Positions 1-9,871 of a stretch of DNA of 64,000 bases are shown here, piece by piece (position 1 is the stretch's first letter; every line of letters starts with the position of its first letter). Location of the stretch: contig CAWKMU010000003.1 of NCBI GenBank assembly GCA_963850905.1, positions 768,001-832,000 of the forward strand, written 5' to 3'. The notes under the pieces are model-generated. The model made no database searches. It saw only the letters and a program-made list of their open reading frames with translations, and had not been told where the DNA came from. The DNA is from an uncultured Gemmatimonadales bacterium. Lineage in GTDB: Bacteria; Gemmatimonadota; Gemmatimonadetes; Gemmatimonadales; Gemmatimonadaceae. A program made the translations under genes and the position numbers.

Positions 1-168
1 CCGACGCTTCTTCGCTGTTGCCTTGCGCGCCGCTGAGCGCTTTGCTCCGCGCTTTGCGCCACGCTTCGCACCGCGCTTCGCTGGGCGCTTCCGCGCCCCC
101 TTCTTCGCAGATCCACGACGTGCCGCGGACCGTTTGGTCTTACGGGACGATTTGCGCTTGGTCGCCAT
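1..168 (-). CDS. Lys/Arg-rich histone H1-like basic protein, 3' end outside window
   Basis: Manual translation from ATG at 168: MATKRKSSRKTKRSAARRGSAKKGARKRPAKRGAKRGAKRGAKRSAARKATAKKRR...; GGAG SD 8 nt upstream; open to window edge; not in ORF track. Confidence 0.75.
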   Translation of the reverse strand, partial: MATKRKSSRKTKRSAARRGSAKKGARKRPAKRGAKRGAKRGAKRSAARKATAKKRR

Positions 169-413
169 GAGTGAAGCTCCCGGAGGGTGGGAAGAACAGC
201 GGGCTCGACATCCAAGATCCGCATAACACTGCAATTGGGCAAGGAGATGAGCTGTCTGATATCGCTGCACGTGCGCATTGTTGCACATCAGTTGGGCGTG
301 TTTGTCCGCTCTCGATGTGAGTCACGGGGGCTGCCGCCGCCCCCGCGCCCTGACGGTCACCCGCGCACGTGAGCTAGTTTCTATCTGCACCCGGCTCGCA
401 GCTGCGCGTTCGC

Positions 414-495
414 GGCCCGTGTTGCCGTTCCCGTGACCCCTGATCCCTGACCCCGGCCCCGCCGTTCGTCCCCACCCCCCAATCCCAACCCCAAC
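414..495 (+). repeat. Right half of composite REP/MITE-like element (TGACCCC array + CCCCGCCGTT end)
   Basis: gcccgtgttgccgttccc-gtgacccctgatccctgacccc...ccccgccgtt matches right arms of other copies. Confidence 0.6.
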
Positions 496-506
496 CCTTG
501 TCGTCC

Positions 507-2801
507 ATGCACATCCGCCCGTCTTGGGCCGGCGCTGCCGGTCTGGCCGTCAGCCTCGCCCTGGGACTTCGTGCTCCCGCCCAAGCCCCCCAGTCGCCCA
601 CAACGGGCCAGCCCGGAGTCGGGTACACGCCCGCGGACGCCGCGGCAGAAGCCTCGGAAGAGGCGCGCGCGATCACCATCCCGTCGCCCGCCCAGGCCGA
701 CAGCTTCTCGCACTTTCTCTCCTACGAGCCGCACATGGCGGGCACGCCGGGCCAGGCTCGCACCCGCGACTTTGTCATCGCCCAGCTCAAGAAGTGGGGA
801 CTCGAGACCGAGGTCCGCGCGTACGACGTCTACATGCCGCAACCCAAGGCGATCCATGTCTGGCGCCTGAATCCGGGCGGTGACTCCACCGAGCTGACGT
901 TGTCCGAAGGACCGGTCCCCGGCGATTCCACGTCGAGTGCATTTCCCCAGGTGCCGGCCTTCAACGCCTACAGCGCCAGCGGCAACGCGAGCGGCGAGGT
1001 CGTCTACGTCAACTACGGACTGATCGAGGACTATGCCCACCTCGACTCGGTGGGCGTCTCCGTGAAGGGCAAGATCGTGGTGGCGCGGTACGGCCGCTCC
1101 TTCCGCGGGATCAAGGCTCGTGAGGCGGAGCGCCACGGCGCGGCGGCGTTGCTGATCTATAGCGACCCCGCCGACGATGGCTTCACGCGCGGCGATGTGT
1201 ATCCCGAGGGACCGATGCGCCCCGCGCAAGGCGTCCAGCGCGGCAGCATCATGAATCAGGACGGGGACCCCAGTACCCCGGGATACCCCAGCACAGCGGG
1301 CGCACGTCGCGTGGAGCCGTCGGACATGGCCGTGCCCCACATCCCGGTCGTGCCGATCGGCTATCACAACGCCGCGCTGTTGCTCGCCGACGTGCGTGGC
1401 ACGGGTTCGAGCGCGTCGCCCATCGCTTCCACCCGGGTCGCTCCGCTCCCCCAGAGTTGGCAGGGCGGCTTGCCGTTCCGCTATCACATCGGGGCCGGCC
1501 CGACGCGGGCACGTGTCTCCGTCGAGATGCAGTCGGGCCAGGAGGCTTACCACACGATCTGGGACACGTTCGGCATCCTGCGCGGGACCGAATTCCCCGA
1601 CGAGATCGTCATGGTCGGCGGCCACCGCGACGCCTGGGGACCCGGCGCCTCCGACAATGTGAGCGGGACGGTCAGCGTGCTCGAAGCGGCGCGGGCCCTG
1701 GCCGACGAGGCCCGCGCGGGTCATCGCCCGAAACGCACGGTCATCTTTGCGACGTGGGACGCCGAAGAGTGGGGTCTGGTCGGATCGACAGAGTACGTCG
1801 AGGATGACTCCCTGCGATTGACGCGTGACGCGATCGCGTACCTCAACCTCGATGTGTCCGCGGCTGGCCCCAACTTCGGGGCCGGCGGCTCCCCGTCACT
1901 GCGCGCGGTCATGCGCGATGTCACGCGCACGGTGCCCCTGCCCGAGACCGGGGCGGCGCCGCGCAGCGTGTTCGACGGGTGGCGTTCGAGTGCCAGCACC
2001 GCGGACAGCCTCGGCCCGAAGTTCGGGGATCCCGGCGGTGGGTCCGACTTCGCTGGCTTCGCCAACCACCTCGGCATTCCGATTCTGGAGTACGGCTTCG
2101 GCGGCGCCGGTGGCGTCTACCACTCGGCGTATGATGATTATGCCTGGGAATCCCGATTCGGCGACCCCGGGTTCGTCCATCACGCGACGGCCGCGCGGAT
2201 CGGTGCAGCCCTGTTGCTGCGTTTGGCGAACGCCGACGTCGTACCCTTCGACTACGTCGAGTACGCACGCACGATGCGCCGCTACGTCACGGGTCTCGAT
2301 GAGTCCATCAAGGCCAAGGGATGGTCGGCCTCGACCGCGCCGCTCACCGCCGCGATCAATGGGATGGAGCACGCCGCGGCGGCATTCGCGCTCGCGCGTG
2401 ACAGCGCGCTCGGCACGTCCGGGCCGCACGCGCTCTCGACGACCGTGGGATCCGCGACGAGCGGACACCCCGCGCCGCCCAATGTCCTTCCGATCGGCCG
2501 CAGCACCCCGCCGTCGAGCGCAACGTTGCGTGCCACAAATCAGGCGCTGATCCGCGTGGAGCGCGCGCTCACCAGGCCGGCCGGACTACGGACCCGCCCC
2601 TGGTTCCGGAGCCTGATCTACGCCGCCGACGAAGACAACGGCTACGCCAATATCGCGCTACCCTCGGTGGCCGAGGCCATTCGCGCTGGCGACGCCGCCC
2701 TGACGGGCCGCGAAATCACCGATCTCGCGAGCCGATTCGACGCGGCCGCCGCCGCACTCAAGGACGCCACAACCGCTTTGCACCAGGGCGCTTCGCGGTA
2801 G
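507..2801 (+). CDS. M28 family peptidase (glutamate carboxypeptidase II / transferrin-receptor-like; PA and dimerisation domains), secreted
   Basis: Signal peptide; PA domain YVNYG..D..GKIVVARYG..FRGIK; Zn ligands GGHRDAW, GASDNVSG, DAEEWGLVGSTE, GSDF, YHSAYD; start may be 498 (TTG). Confidence 0.92.
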   Translation: MHIRPSWAGAAGLAVSLALGLRAPAQAPQSPTTGQPGVGYTPADAAAEASEEARAITIPSPAQADSFSHFLSYEPHMAGTPGQARTRDFVIAQLKKWGLETEVRAYDVYMPQPKAIHVWRLNPGGDSTELTLSEGPVPGDSTSSAFPQVPAFNAYSASGNASGEVVYVNYGLIEDYAHLDSVGVSVKGKIVVARYGRSFRGIKAREAERHGAAALLIYSDPADDGFTRGDVYPEGPMRPAQGVQRGSIMNQDGDPSTPGYPSTAGARRVEPSDMAVPHIPVVPIGYHNAALLLADVRGTGSSASPIASTRVAPLPQSWQGGLPFRYHIGAGPTRARVSVEMQSGQEAYHTIWDTFGILRGTEFPDEIVMVGGHRDAWGPGASDNVSGTVSVLEAARALADEARAGHRPKRTVIFATWDAEEWGLVGSTEYVEDDSLRLTRDAIAYLNLDVSAAGPNFGAGGSPSLRAVMRDVTRTVPLPETGAAPRSVFDGWRSSASTADSLGPKFGDPGGGSDFAGFANHLGIPILEYGFGGAGGVYHSAYDDYAWESRFGDPGFVHHATAARIGAALLLRLANADVVPFDYVEYARTMRRYVTGLDESIKAKGWSASTAPLTAAINGMEHAAAAFALARDSALGTSGPHALSTTVGSATSGHPAPPNVLPIGRSTPPSSATLRATNQALIRVERALTRPAGLRTRPWFRSLIYAADEDNGYANIALPSVAEAIRAGDAALTGREITDLASRFDAAAAALKDATTALHQGASR

Positions 2802-2925
2802 AGAGGAGATAGGAGAAAGGAGAAAGGAGACCGCCAGTGTCGTGGTCTCCTTTCTCCTTTCTCCTTTCTACGGGCGCACAGCGCCCGTCGTCGTCTCCTT
2901 TCTCCTCTCGCCTCTCCCCTCTCTA
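2800..2925. repeat. Inverted purine/pyrimidine heptamer arrays (AGAAAGG)n/(CCTTTCT)n between convergent genes; possible bidirectional terminator
   Basis: aggagaaaggagaaaggagacc...ggtctcctttctcctttctccttt forms a long hairpin. Confidence 0.65.
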
Positions 2926-3911
2926 CGAGCACCGTCAGGTGCGAGTTCGTCCGCGAGCACCATCGCGTTGCGCGGGTCGTCGTCGCCCACGTCGAGCTCG
3001 ACCGACACCGGCACGTCCTGCTCCACGACCGGAGTCGGCGAGCGGGGCGGTTCGAGTGCGATAACGGCCGCTCGAGCTTGCGAGACGGGGACGCCCGCAA
3101 TGGCGCCGCTGCACACGCAGCCGAGTCGCGGGGCGAGGTCGAGGAGCACCGGCGCAGCCATGATCAGATACTGAGCGAGCTCGGCCGCGTATTCGATCTC
3201 CCGAACCTCCACGACGGAACGCGGGATGAGCGCGGCGGGAATCGAGGCGTTCGCCGAGGCAGACGCGCTGGCCGCTGGTTCCGCCTTCTGGAGAATGCCG
3301 TCGATCGGCAGGCCGCCCGGGAGGGAGTGACAGCGCCGACGATCGGGCGCCAGGATGGAGTTGAAGACGAGTGGCTCTTGCGCGGGGACGATGCCCCTGG
3401 CGGTAAGGGCGGCAAAAAACTCCTCCGGCCGAATCTGGCGGTCGATCGCGCCGCCGGCTGATGCCGAGGGACACGCACCGACATACGTGATGTCGAGCGG
3501 AGCATCTCCGTACAGTCCACGGAGATACCGCGCAGTCGCGACCGGCGGCGAGACGTACGACACCAGGAATGGCAGGAGATCCGGGCCGGGCCCGAGCAGA
3601 CGATCGCGAACGCGCCGACACGAACAAAAAATCGCGCTTGGCAGCGTGCGCGTCGCCAGCTTGCGCGCGCACGCTTCGGCAATGAGCTCATCGCCCCACG
3701 TCGCCGGCACCGCGGCGACGTAGCCCGCCGCACGGCACGCGTGTGCCACCTGCACGGGCGTCGCCGGGCGCGCAGCAAGAAACGCATCCGCGCCAATGAT
3801 GATGAACGGCGTTGGTGCGTCGTGATGCGGGCCGGGGCCCGGAGGGCTCGTGTCGGTCGGCGACGTCAAACGCAAAGCCGGTGGAGGGACGACGGATGCG
3901 TCGCCCGCCAT
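2868..3911 (-). CDS. Degenerate [FeFe]-hydrogenase large-subunit C-terminal domain / Nar1-like protein
   Basis: Segments IFCSCRRVR..PDLLPFLVSYVSPPVATARYLRGLYG..ITYVGACP and LDLAPRLGCVCSG parallel the L1/L2/L3 regions of Fe_hyd_lg_C; start ATG 3911 chosen (ORF open to 4061). Confidence 0.55.
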   Translation of the reverse strand: MAGDASVVPPPALRLTSPTDTSPPGPGPHHDAPTPFIIIGADAFLAARPATPVQVAHACRAAGYVAAVPATWGDELIAEACARKLATRTLPSAIFCSCRRVRDRLLGPGPDLLPFLVSYVSPPVATARYLRGLYGDAPLDITYVGACPSASAGGAIDRQIRPEEFFAALTARGIVPAQEPLVFNSILAPDRRRCHSLPGGLPIDGILQKAEPAASASASANASIPAALIPRSVVEVREIEYAAELAQYLIMAAPVLLDLAPRLGCVCSGAIAGVPVSQARAAVIALEPPRSPTPVVEQDVPVSVELDVGDDDPRNAMVLADELAPDGARREGRGERRKETTTGAVRP

Positions 3912-4211
3912 GATGGTTCGGCGATCCCGGCTGGTGCAGCCCGTGCCGCGTTCGGGACCGACGGGTTGTGAACCATGGAAGCCCGGCTGACGATTCGTGT
4001 GCGCCCCGACAGGCCGGGAGAGAACCCGACCCGAAGCACACGACGGAAGACCAAACACCACACTGCGATATCGTCAAAGCAAGCTGCCTCATCAGGCGAT
4101 GTCCAGCGGGCCCGGACATTGCGGATGATGCCTGCTCGGCCATTGGAAGGAATGACACGTCAAAGTGACTGAGTGTCTCAGCACTTGACGTCTTGCGCGG
4201 GGGAAACCGCC

Positions 4212-4928
4212 ATGTACGAGACGGCGTGCTTGTCGCACGACACGTTGGACGCCATCGCGAAGTATGCCGCGCGAGCGACCTGGCCGACCGGATTCAACGT
4301 GTACCAGCGGGGTGCGCCGGCTGACGGCGTGTTTGTCGTAGTCGACGGTCGCATCGTCCTGCGGAGTCGCGTGAAAGCTGGCCGCGGCTACATCCCGACG
4401 ATCGTGGTCCCCGGCGCGACGTTTGGTGGCGAGGGGTTGGCGGCCGCGAAACCGCCGCCGGCACGCTACGTCACCGAAGCGCGCTCCGATGCCGAAACCG
4501 AGACGCTGCACTTGAGCGCCGTGCAGTACCGCGCGTTCGTCCGCGAGCAGCCATCATTCGCGCTCGCGCTCACCGCGCAGATCATGGCGGAACACGCGAC
4601 GTTGCTCGAGAAACTGCGCGAGCTCGCGACGCTGAGCGTCGAGCAACGCCTGGTCGTGACACTCGCACGCATGGCTCGCCAGCACACGTTCGTCGACGCC
4701 ACTGGCCAGGTGGTGCTCGATGCGGCGCACTATCGCGTGTTGTGTGAGCTCGTCGGCGCGACGCGCGAATCCGTCTCCCTCGTGTTGAACCGATTCATCG
4801 CCAGTGGCGCCGCGGAACGCATCGACGGCCGCGTCTTCGTGCGTCCTGGCGCGATCGCGGCATCGACGGACCTCGGCTGGGCCGACGGTGGAGCGATCGC
4901 TCCGGCTCTGGCGGCTGTTCGGGAGTAA
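4212..4928 (+). CDS. Crp/Fnr family transcriptional regulator
   Basis: cNMP-binding region (YQRGAPADGVFVVVDG, PGATFGGEGL), LSVEQRL linker, HTH LCELVGATRESVSLVL. Confidence 0.88.
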   Translation: MYETACLSHDTLDAIAKYAARATWPTGFNVYQRGAPADGVFVVVDGRIVLRSRVKAGRGYIPTIVVPGATFGGEGLAAAKPPPARYVTEARSDAETETLHLSAVQYRAFVREQPSFALALTAQIMAEHATLLEKLRELATLSVEQRLVVTLARMARQHTFVDATGQVVLDAAHYRVLCELVGATRESVSLVLNRFIASGAAERIDGRVFVRPGAIAASTDLGWADGGAIAPALAAVRE

Positions 4929-4933
4929 GAGAG

Positions 4934-5114
4934 GACCAGGGATCAGGGGTCGGGGGTCGGGGTCGGGGTCGGGGGTCAGGGAACACACAGAAACGCCGAT
5001 CACGGTGCACAGTGACCAGCCTTGGACCGGTAGGGGCGACGCATTGCGTCGCCCGTTGTTGTCGTTGCGGTTGTCGTCCCAGACCCCAAACCCCAGACCC
5101 CAGACCCCGCCGTT
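4934..5114 (+). repeat. Composite REP element (GTAG-REP core 5030-5054)
   Basis: GGGGTC(A) array - GTAG GGGCGACGCATTGCGTCGCCC - gttgttgtcgttgcggttgtcg - (AGACCCC)n - ccccgccgtt. Confidence 0.9.
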
Positions 5115-5870
5115 TCAGCCCTCGTACTCCTCCAACGCCCGCACGAGCACCGCGCGCAACGCGGACTCGCGCTCGTCGTCGCCCGGGACGGTCGCCGCGA
5201 GAATCTTGAACTGGCGCATCATCTCTTCGCCGATGAACGCGTCCGACGGCGTCCGCACACCGACCGACACGAGTGCGGCGATCGCCAGGCGGCGAAGGAG
5301 CGCGCGGATCTCGGCATCGAGTCCGCTCAATGCCCGCGGATCGCTGACCGGAGTCGGGGCGGACGGGCGGCGGCGGCGTGGAGCATCGACGAGGGCTTGC
5401 AGTGGCGCCAATCGGACGACGAACGCGCCCTCCCCATGCTCGCGCGCATCGATGATCACCCCTGCACGACGCAGCGTCGGCAACAGGCGGACGATGGCCT
5501 CGCGCACGACCGGCACTCCGTCCAAGCTCCCACGCCCGCGACCGGTGATCACCAGCACCTCGCCAGCCTTCGCCGCCTGCCGTTCACGTAGCCATGCGTC
5601 GACGCGCCGCACGGCATCGGCGCCCGTTGGCAGGGAGGCGTGAAGATCCAGGATCCGGTCGCGGCCGTATCGCGCTTCGTCGAGCGCAAACACCGGCGTC
5701 TCGGCACGAGTCGACCGTCCCAACGCACGCGGCCCCTTCCGCGCCCCCGGCAACGCCCCGGACACCCGCTGCCCAGTCTCGTCGCTGCCTCGGATCGATC
5801 CGCCCGGACTCGCACCACGTGGCGACGCGCCACGACCGCGCTTGCGCGGGCGATTACCTCGACGGGGCAT
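5115..5870 (-). CDS. Smr/MutS2 C-terminal domain protein
   Basis: LDLH...VLVITGRGRGS...GEGAFVVRL Smr signature. Confidence 0.85.
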   Translation of the reverse strand: MPRRGNRPRKRGRGASPRGASPGGSIRGSDETGQRVSGALPGARKGPRALGRSTRAETPVFALDEARYGRDRILDLHASLPTGADAVRRVDAWLRERQAAKAGEVLVITGRGRGSLDGVPVVREAIVRLLPTLRRAGVIIDAREHGEGAFVVRLAPLQALVDAPRRRRPSAPTPVSDPRALSGLDAEIRALLRRLAIAALVSVGVRTPSDAFIGEEMMRQFKILAATVPGDDERESALRAVLVRALEEYEG

Positions 5871-5879
5871 GGGGAAAGG

Positions 5880-6007
5880 CTAGACGTTAGACGCTGGACG
5901 CTGGACGCTGGACGCTGGAGAACATACCTCGACGACCAACCTAGGCGCATCCAGCTGGCCCCTGGGGTTTGTTTTCGAGCGTCCAGCGTCTAGCGTCTAA
6001 CCTCTAA
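5880..6007. repeat. Inverted heptamer arrays (CTGGACG)n / (CGTCCAG,CGTCTAG)n
   Basis: tagacgttagacgctggacgctggacgctggacgctgga ... agcgtccagcgtctagcgtctaa; related copy at ~15612-15637. Confidence 0.7.
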
Positions 6008-6025
6008 GTCCTGTGGGTCACCCAA

Positions 6026-6559
6026 TCACGCCGCCCGCACCGCCTCGCTGGCCAAGGCCCTATACACACACACCTCAACGCACTGCGAGCGTCGCGGGCA
6101 GCTCGTGCAGTCCCGTCGGATCTTTTCAGGGAACAGCGCCCGATCGACGACCCGATAGCCCAGCGAATGAAAGAACGGCGCCGTTGTGGTGAGCGCAAAG
6201 AGCTCGGAGATGCCACGCGCATGCGCCAACCGCTCGACTCGACGCACGAGCGAGCCGCCAATGCCAAGTCCATGCGCCTCGGGCGCGACCGCGACCGACG
6301 CCACTTCGGCCAACGACGGCGAGTACTCGCGCACCGCCGCGCATCCGAGCAGATGGCCGCGCGCATCCGTCGCCACTACGAAGTCGTCGAGCGCGAGCGC
6401 AATCGACTCCGTCGACTTGGGAAGCATTACCTGCTGCGCCGCAAACGCATTGATGAGCGCGGCGATGTCGGGGACATCGCTCAGACGGGCAGGTCGAATG
6501 ATTGGACGCGACATGGCAGGAGGCGGTGAAGGAAGCGAGGCGCGAGCGGACGCGATCAA
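6026..6559 (-). CDS. argA: GNAT acetyltransferase, probable short-form amino-acid N-acetyltransferase (ArgA-like)
   Basis: IRPARLSDV..LAEVASVAVAPEAHGLGIG..LFALT..FF..LGY..FPEKI..DC..CP...C; last gene of argCBD; TTG overlaps argD stop, alternative ATG 6514. Confidence 0.75.
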   Translation of the reverse strand: MIASARASLPSPPPAMSRPIIRPARLSDVPDIAALINAFAAQQVMLPKSTESIALALDDFVVATDARGHLLGCAAVREYSPSLAEVASVAVAPEAHGLGIGGSLVRRVERLAHARGISELFALTTTAPFFHSLGYRVVDRALFPEKIRRDCTSCPRRSQCVEVCVYRALASEAVRAA

Positions 6560-7818
6560 CGGTTCGCGATCGCTTGGGCGAGAAGCGACACGCCCAGCGA
6601 CAGCTGATCACGCGAGATCGTGAGCGGAGGGAGCAGACGGATGGTGTGATCACCCGCCGAGAGCACGAGGAGGCCGAGCGCACGGGCACGACCGATGACC
6701 GCCGATGCCTGCTCGCGGACGTCGATGCCCCAGATCAAGCCGGCGCCGCGGATCCCTCGCACCCCGGTCGGTTCATCAGCGAGTCGCGCGAGCGCGTGAC
6801 CCAGCCACACGCCGTGCGCGCGGACGGAGGCCAACAGGGCCGGGTCCGCGAGGCGCTCGACGACATAGCGCGCGATCGATGTCACGAAGGGCCCGCCGCC
6901 AAACGTGCTGCCGTGATCCCCGGGCGTGACCGCCGACGCGATCTCCGCGCTCATGAGGACTGCACCGATGGGCAACCCACCGCCGAGCGGCTTGGCCAAT
7001 GTCATGATGTCGGGCAGGACGCCGGCATGCTCGTGGGCGAACAATCGCCCCGTGCGGCCGAGGCCACATTGAATCTCGTCGAAGATGAGCGCGATCCGGC
7101 GCTCGCGCGTGAGCGCGCGCAGCTCCCGCAGAAAGCCGGGGTCGAGCACGCGCACGCCGCCTTCGCCCTGCACGGGCTCGACGACGAGCGCCGCGACGTT
7201 CTCATCAAGCAGCGCGCCGTCGAGCTCCGCCAGATCTCGCTCGGCCACCCACACTCCGCCGGCCAGCGGCCGGAAGGGCGCGCGGTAGGACGGCCGGTCA
7301 GTCGCTGCGAGCGATCCGAATAGCCGCCCGTGAAAGCTTCCGCGCAGCGCGACGATCTCGTGCTTCGCCGGGCCACCGACGCCGCGGCCCCACCGCCGCG
7401 CAAACTTGAACGCCCCTTCGTTCGCCTCGGCGCCCGAGTTGCACAGGAAGACGCGATCGGCGAACGAATGGTCCACCAGCCACTGCGCGAGCTCCGCACC
7501 CGGCGCCGTGTGGAACAGGTTGGAGGTATGCACCAAGCCGTCCGCGGCGGCGTGCAGCGCTGCGCGAAGACCTGCGTCGCCGTAGCCCAGGGCGTTGACG
7601 GCAATGCCGCTCGTGAAGTCGAGGTAGTGCCGCCCCGCCTCATCGATCAACTCCGCGCCTTCCCCATCGACAATCGTGATCGGCGCCCGAGCGTATGTGC
7701 CGACCAATGCCGTGTACGGCGCATGCTCGTGGCCGCCGGACGGACCCGCCGGCAACACGCTCGCACCCGCGCTGCCGCGCGAAGAGTCGAGGACGGGCAG
7801 CGCGATGCTCGTCGTCAT
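6556..7818 (-). CDS. argD: Acetylornithine aminotransferase
   Basis: YLDFTSGIAVNALG, NSGAEANE, SFHGR, EPVQGEGG, FDEIQCGLGRTG, TLAKPLGGGLPIGA, HGSTFGG. Confidence 0.95.
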   Translation of the reverse strand: MTTSIALPVLDSSRGSAGASVLPAGPSGGHEHAPYTALVGTYARAPITIVDGEGAELIDEAGRHYLDFTSGIAVNALGYGDAGLRAALHAAADGLVHTSNLFHTAPGAELAQWLVDHSFADRVFLCNSGAEANEGAFKFARRWGRGVGGPAKHEIVALRGSFHGRLFGSLAATDRPSYRAPFRPLAGGVWVAERDLAELDGALLDENVAALVVEPVQGEGGVRVLDPGFLRELRALTRERRIALIFDEIQCGLGRTGRLFAHEHAGVLPDIMTLAKPLGGGLPIGAVLMSAEIASAVTPGDHGSTFGGGPFVTSIARYVVERLADPALLASVRAHGVWLGHALARLADEPTGVRGIRGAGLIWGIDVREQASAVIGRARALGLLVLSAGDHTIRLLPPLTISRDQLSLGVSLLAQAIANR

Positions 7819-8684
7819 GCGGCCGCCCCTTGCGCCGCATGCGGCGCGTCCGTCAGTGCATCACGCTGCCGCACGACGAGCGTGCCGCCGTCGATCCCGG
7901 TGAGGATGTCGAGCGCGCCGATCCGGACCTGCGTCGCGCCCCCCTCGATGGCGGCCAGCGCAGCTCGCACCTTGGCGACCATTCCGCCCGCGATCTCGCC
8001 CCGCGCAATCGCCTCGTCGGCCACAGCAGGCGTCATCTGGGGCACGCGCTCCCCATCGATGCGCACGCCGGCGACATCCGACACGAACAGCAGCTCCGAT
8101 GCACCGATCGCGAGCGCGATGGCGGTGGCCGCGTCGTCGCCATTGATGTTGAGCGCCGCGGGCCTGGCGTCGGCAAGCCCGCTCGGCCATTCGACGTTGC
8201 TCTTGCATGCGCGCGCGGCGGCGACCGGCGCGATGACCGGGAGATAGCCGGCCGCAACCAACGTGGCCAGGAGCGATGTGTCCACGCTCCGCACCGCGCC
8301 GACGGCACCCAGTGCCCCGTCAGCGAGCACGTCGGCCGTGAGCAGCGGGCCATCCTCGCCCGAGAGGCCCAGCGCGCGGACCCCGATCTGCGTGAGCGCT
8401 GCAACGAGTCGCTTGTTGGCGAGGCCCGACAGCGCCATGCGCAACCGATCGATATCGTCTGCTCGGGTGATCCGTCGCCCACCGATGAACGTCGGCTCGA
8501 TACCGGCAGCACGCTGGAGCGCCGTCACCTCGTCGCCTCCGCCATGCACCAGACAGCACACGTCGCCAACCGTGGACCCAGCTCGCCACTGCGCCCAGTA
8601 CACCGCCAGCGCCGCAGCGAGCCGCGGGTCCCGCTGGGCGCGGCCGCCCACCTTGATCACGGTGCCCACGCGCGATCGCGTCAT
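7815..8684 (-). CDS. argB: Acetylglutamate kinase
   Basis: VIKVGG, LVHGGG, GRRIT, LNINGD, SDVAGV, GGMVAKV; ATGA overlaps with argC and argD. Confidence 0.93.
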   Translation of the reverse strand: MTRSRVGTVIKVGGRAQRDPRLAAALAVYWAQWRAGSTVGDVCCLVHGGGDEVTALQRAAGIEPTFIGGRRITRADDIDRLRMALSGLANKRLVAALTQIGVRALGLSGEDGPLLTADVLADGALGAVGAVRSVDTSLLATLVAAGYLPVIAPVAAARACKSNVEWPSGLADARPAALNINGDDAATAIALAIGASELLFVSDVAGVRIDGERVPQMTPAVADEAIARGEIAGGMVAKVRAALAAIEGGATQVRIGALDILTGIDGGTLVVRQRDALTDAPHAAQGAAA

Positions 8685-9682
8685 GCGGGAAGTCCGACCG
8701 ACTCCTCGAAACCGAGAAGCACGTTGGCGTTTTGCAGGGCCTGGCCAGCTGCGCCCTTGAGCAGATTGTCGATCGCCGCCGTGATGATGAGGGTCGGCTG
8801 ACGGACACCCGCGGCGCGCGTCACCGAGATCCGCGCGGTATTGCGATGCACGACCTCGCGCAGCGACGGCGGCTCGGCGACCACCTCGATGAACCGCTCG
8901 CTGCCGTAGTGCGAGCGCCACAGCGCCAGCGGATCGCCGACAGTCTCGCGCAGTGGCACCGTGATCGTCGCCAGAATCCCGCGCGCGACGGGCAGCAGGT
9001 GGGGCGTGAAGATCAGATCGATATCCGCACCAAAGCGCGCGCAGATCGCCCGCATCTCTGCCAGATGCCGGTGGTCGTTGCCGACCGCGTAGGCTCGAAA
9101 GTTCTCGGTCACTTCGGCAAAAAGGAGATCGCGTCGTGGACTATCTCCCGCGCCAGTGACACCGCTTGCGGCATTGATGGCGACGGTGGCCCCGGGCGCG
9201 ATGAGATCACGCGCGAGCAGTGGCAAAAGCGCCAGCAGCACCGCGGTGGCATAGCACCCCGGGTTCGCCACAACGTCGGCGTCCCGCACTTGGGCGCGCG
9301 CGAGCTCGGTCAGCCCGTACGTGGCGCGCGCACGTAGCGCGTCCGACTCATGCGGTGTCGCCTGATCGCGAGCCGGCGTCGCGCCCGGTCGCAGATCGGC
9401 CGACAGGTCGACGACCCGCGCCCCGGCAGCCTGCGCGCGCGCGACCCACGGCGCCGACGCGCCGTGGGGCAACGCGCTGAACACGAGCGCGGCATCACCC
9501 AACGGCGCATCATCGATGCCGATGAACTGAATCCGCCGATTCTCGATGTGCGCAGCCTCACCCCGCCGTTCGCCTGCCGCCGCCCACGCCAGCTCGAGCC
9601 GGTCGTGCGCCAGCGCGAGCGCACACAGCGTGCGTCCGGCATAGCCACTGGCCCCCAAGACGCCGACGGGGAGTTTATGCAT
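8681..9682 (-). CDS. argC: N-acetyl-gamma-glutamyl-phosphate reductase
   Basis: GASGYAG, ALPHG, DLSADLR, ANPGCYAT, SGVTGAG, HRHLAE, FTPHLLP..RGI, DNLLKGAAGQA. Confidence 0.95.
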   Translation of the reverse strand: MHKLPVGVLGASGYAGRTLCALALAHDRLELAWAAAGERRGEAAHIENRRIQFIGIDDAPLGDAALVFSALPHGASAPWVARAQAAGARVVDLSADLRPGATPARDQATPHESDALRARATYGLTELARAQVRDADVVANPGCYATAVLLALLPLLARDLIAPGATVAINAASGVTGAGDSPRRDLLFAEVTENFRAYAVGNDHRHLAEMRAICARFGADIDLIFTPHLLPVARGILATITVPLRETVGDPLALWRSHYGSERFIEVVAEPPSLREVVHRNTARISVTRAAGVRQPTLIITAAIDNLLKGAAGQALQNANVLLGFEESVGLPA

Positions 9683-9704
9683 TGGGAATGCATAATATTC
9701 CGCG
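9666..9704 (-). promoter_or_regulatory. Tandem ARG-box-like operator overlapping argC start
   Basis: Minus strand CGGAATATTATGCA-ttcccaa-TGCATAAACTCCCC; shares TTATGCATTC-N5-GCATAA with argG upstream; TTGACG just upstream (9712-9717). Confidence 0.65.
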
Positions 9705-9871
9705 CCCCCTGCGTCAAGCGTTTTCCGCGCGGTTTTGCGTCGTTTTTTGGAAGGGCGGGTAGCGGGTGACGGCTGCGTCGCCCTCCATCGCCGCGCGCAC
9801 CTTGGCCCGAGGAGCCGCGGCCGTTTGCAACGGTCTGGCACCGGCAGCGTACTCCTGTAGCTTCCGTCCCC

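Noticed and set aside
381..1724. Long antisense or alternate-frame ORFs (e.g. 381-1724, 10503-11744, 11790-13268, 30587-32176, 47523-48542)
   Set aside because: Shadows of well-supported genes in high-GC DNA; Arg/Ala/Pro-rich with no motifs.
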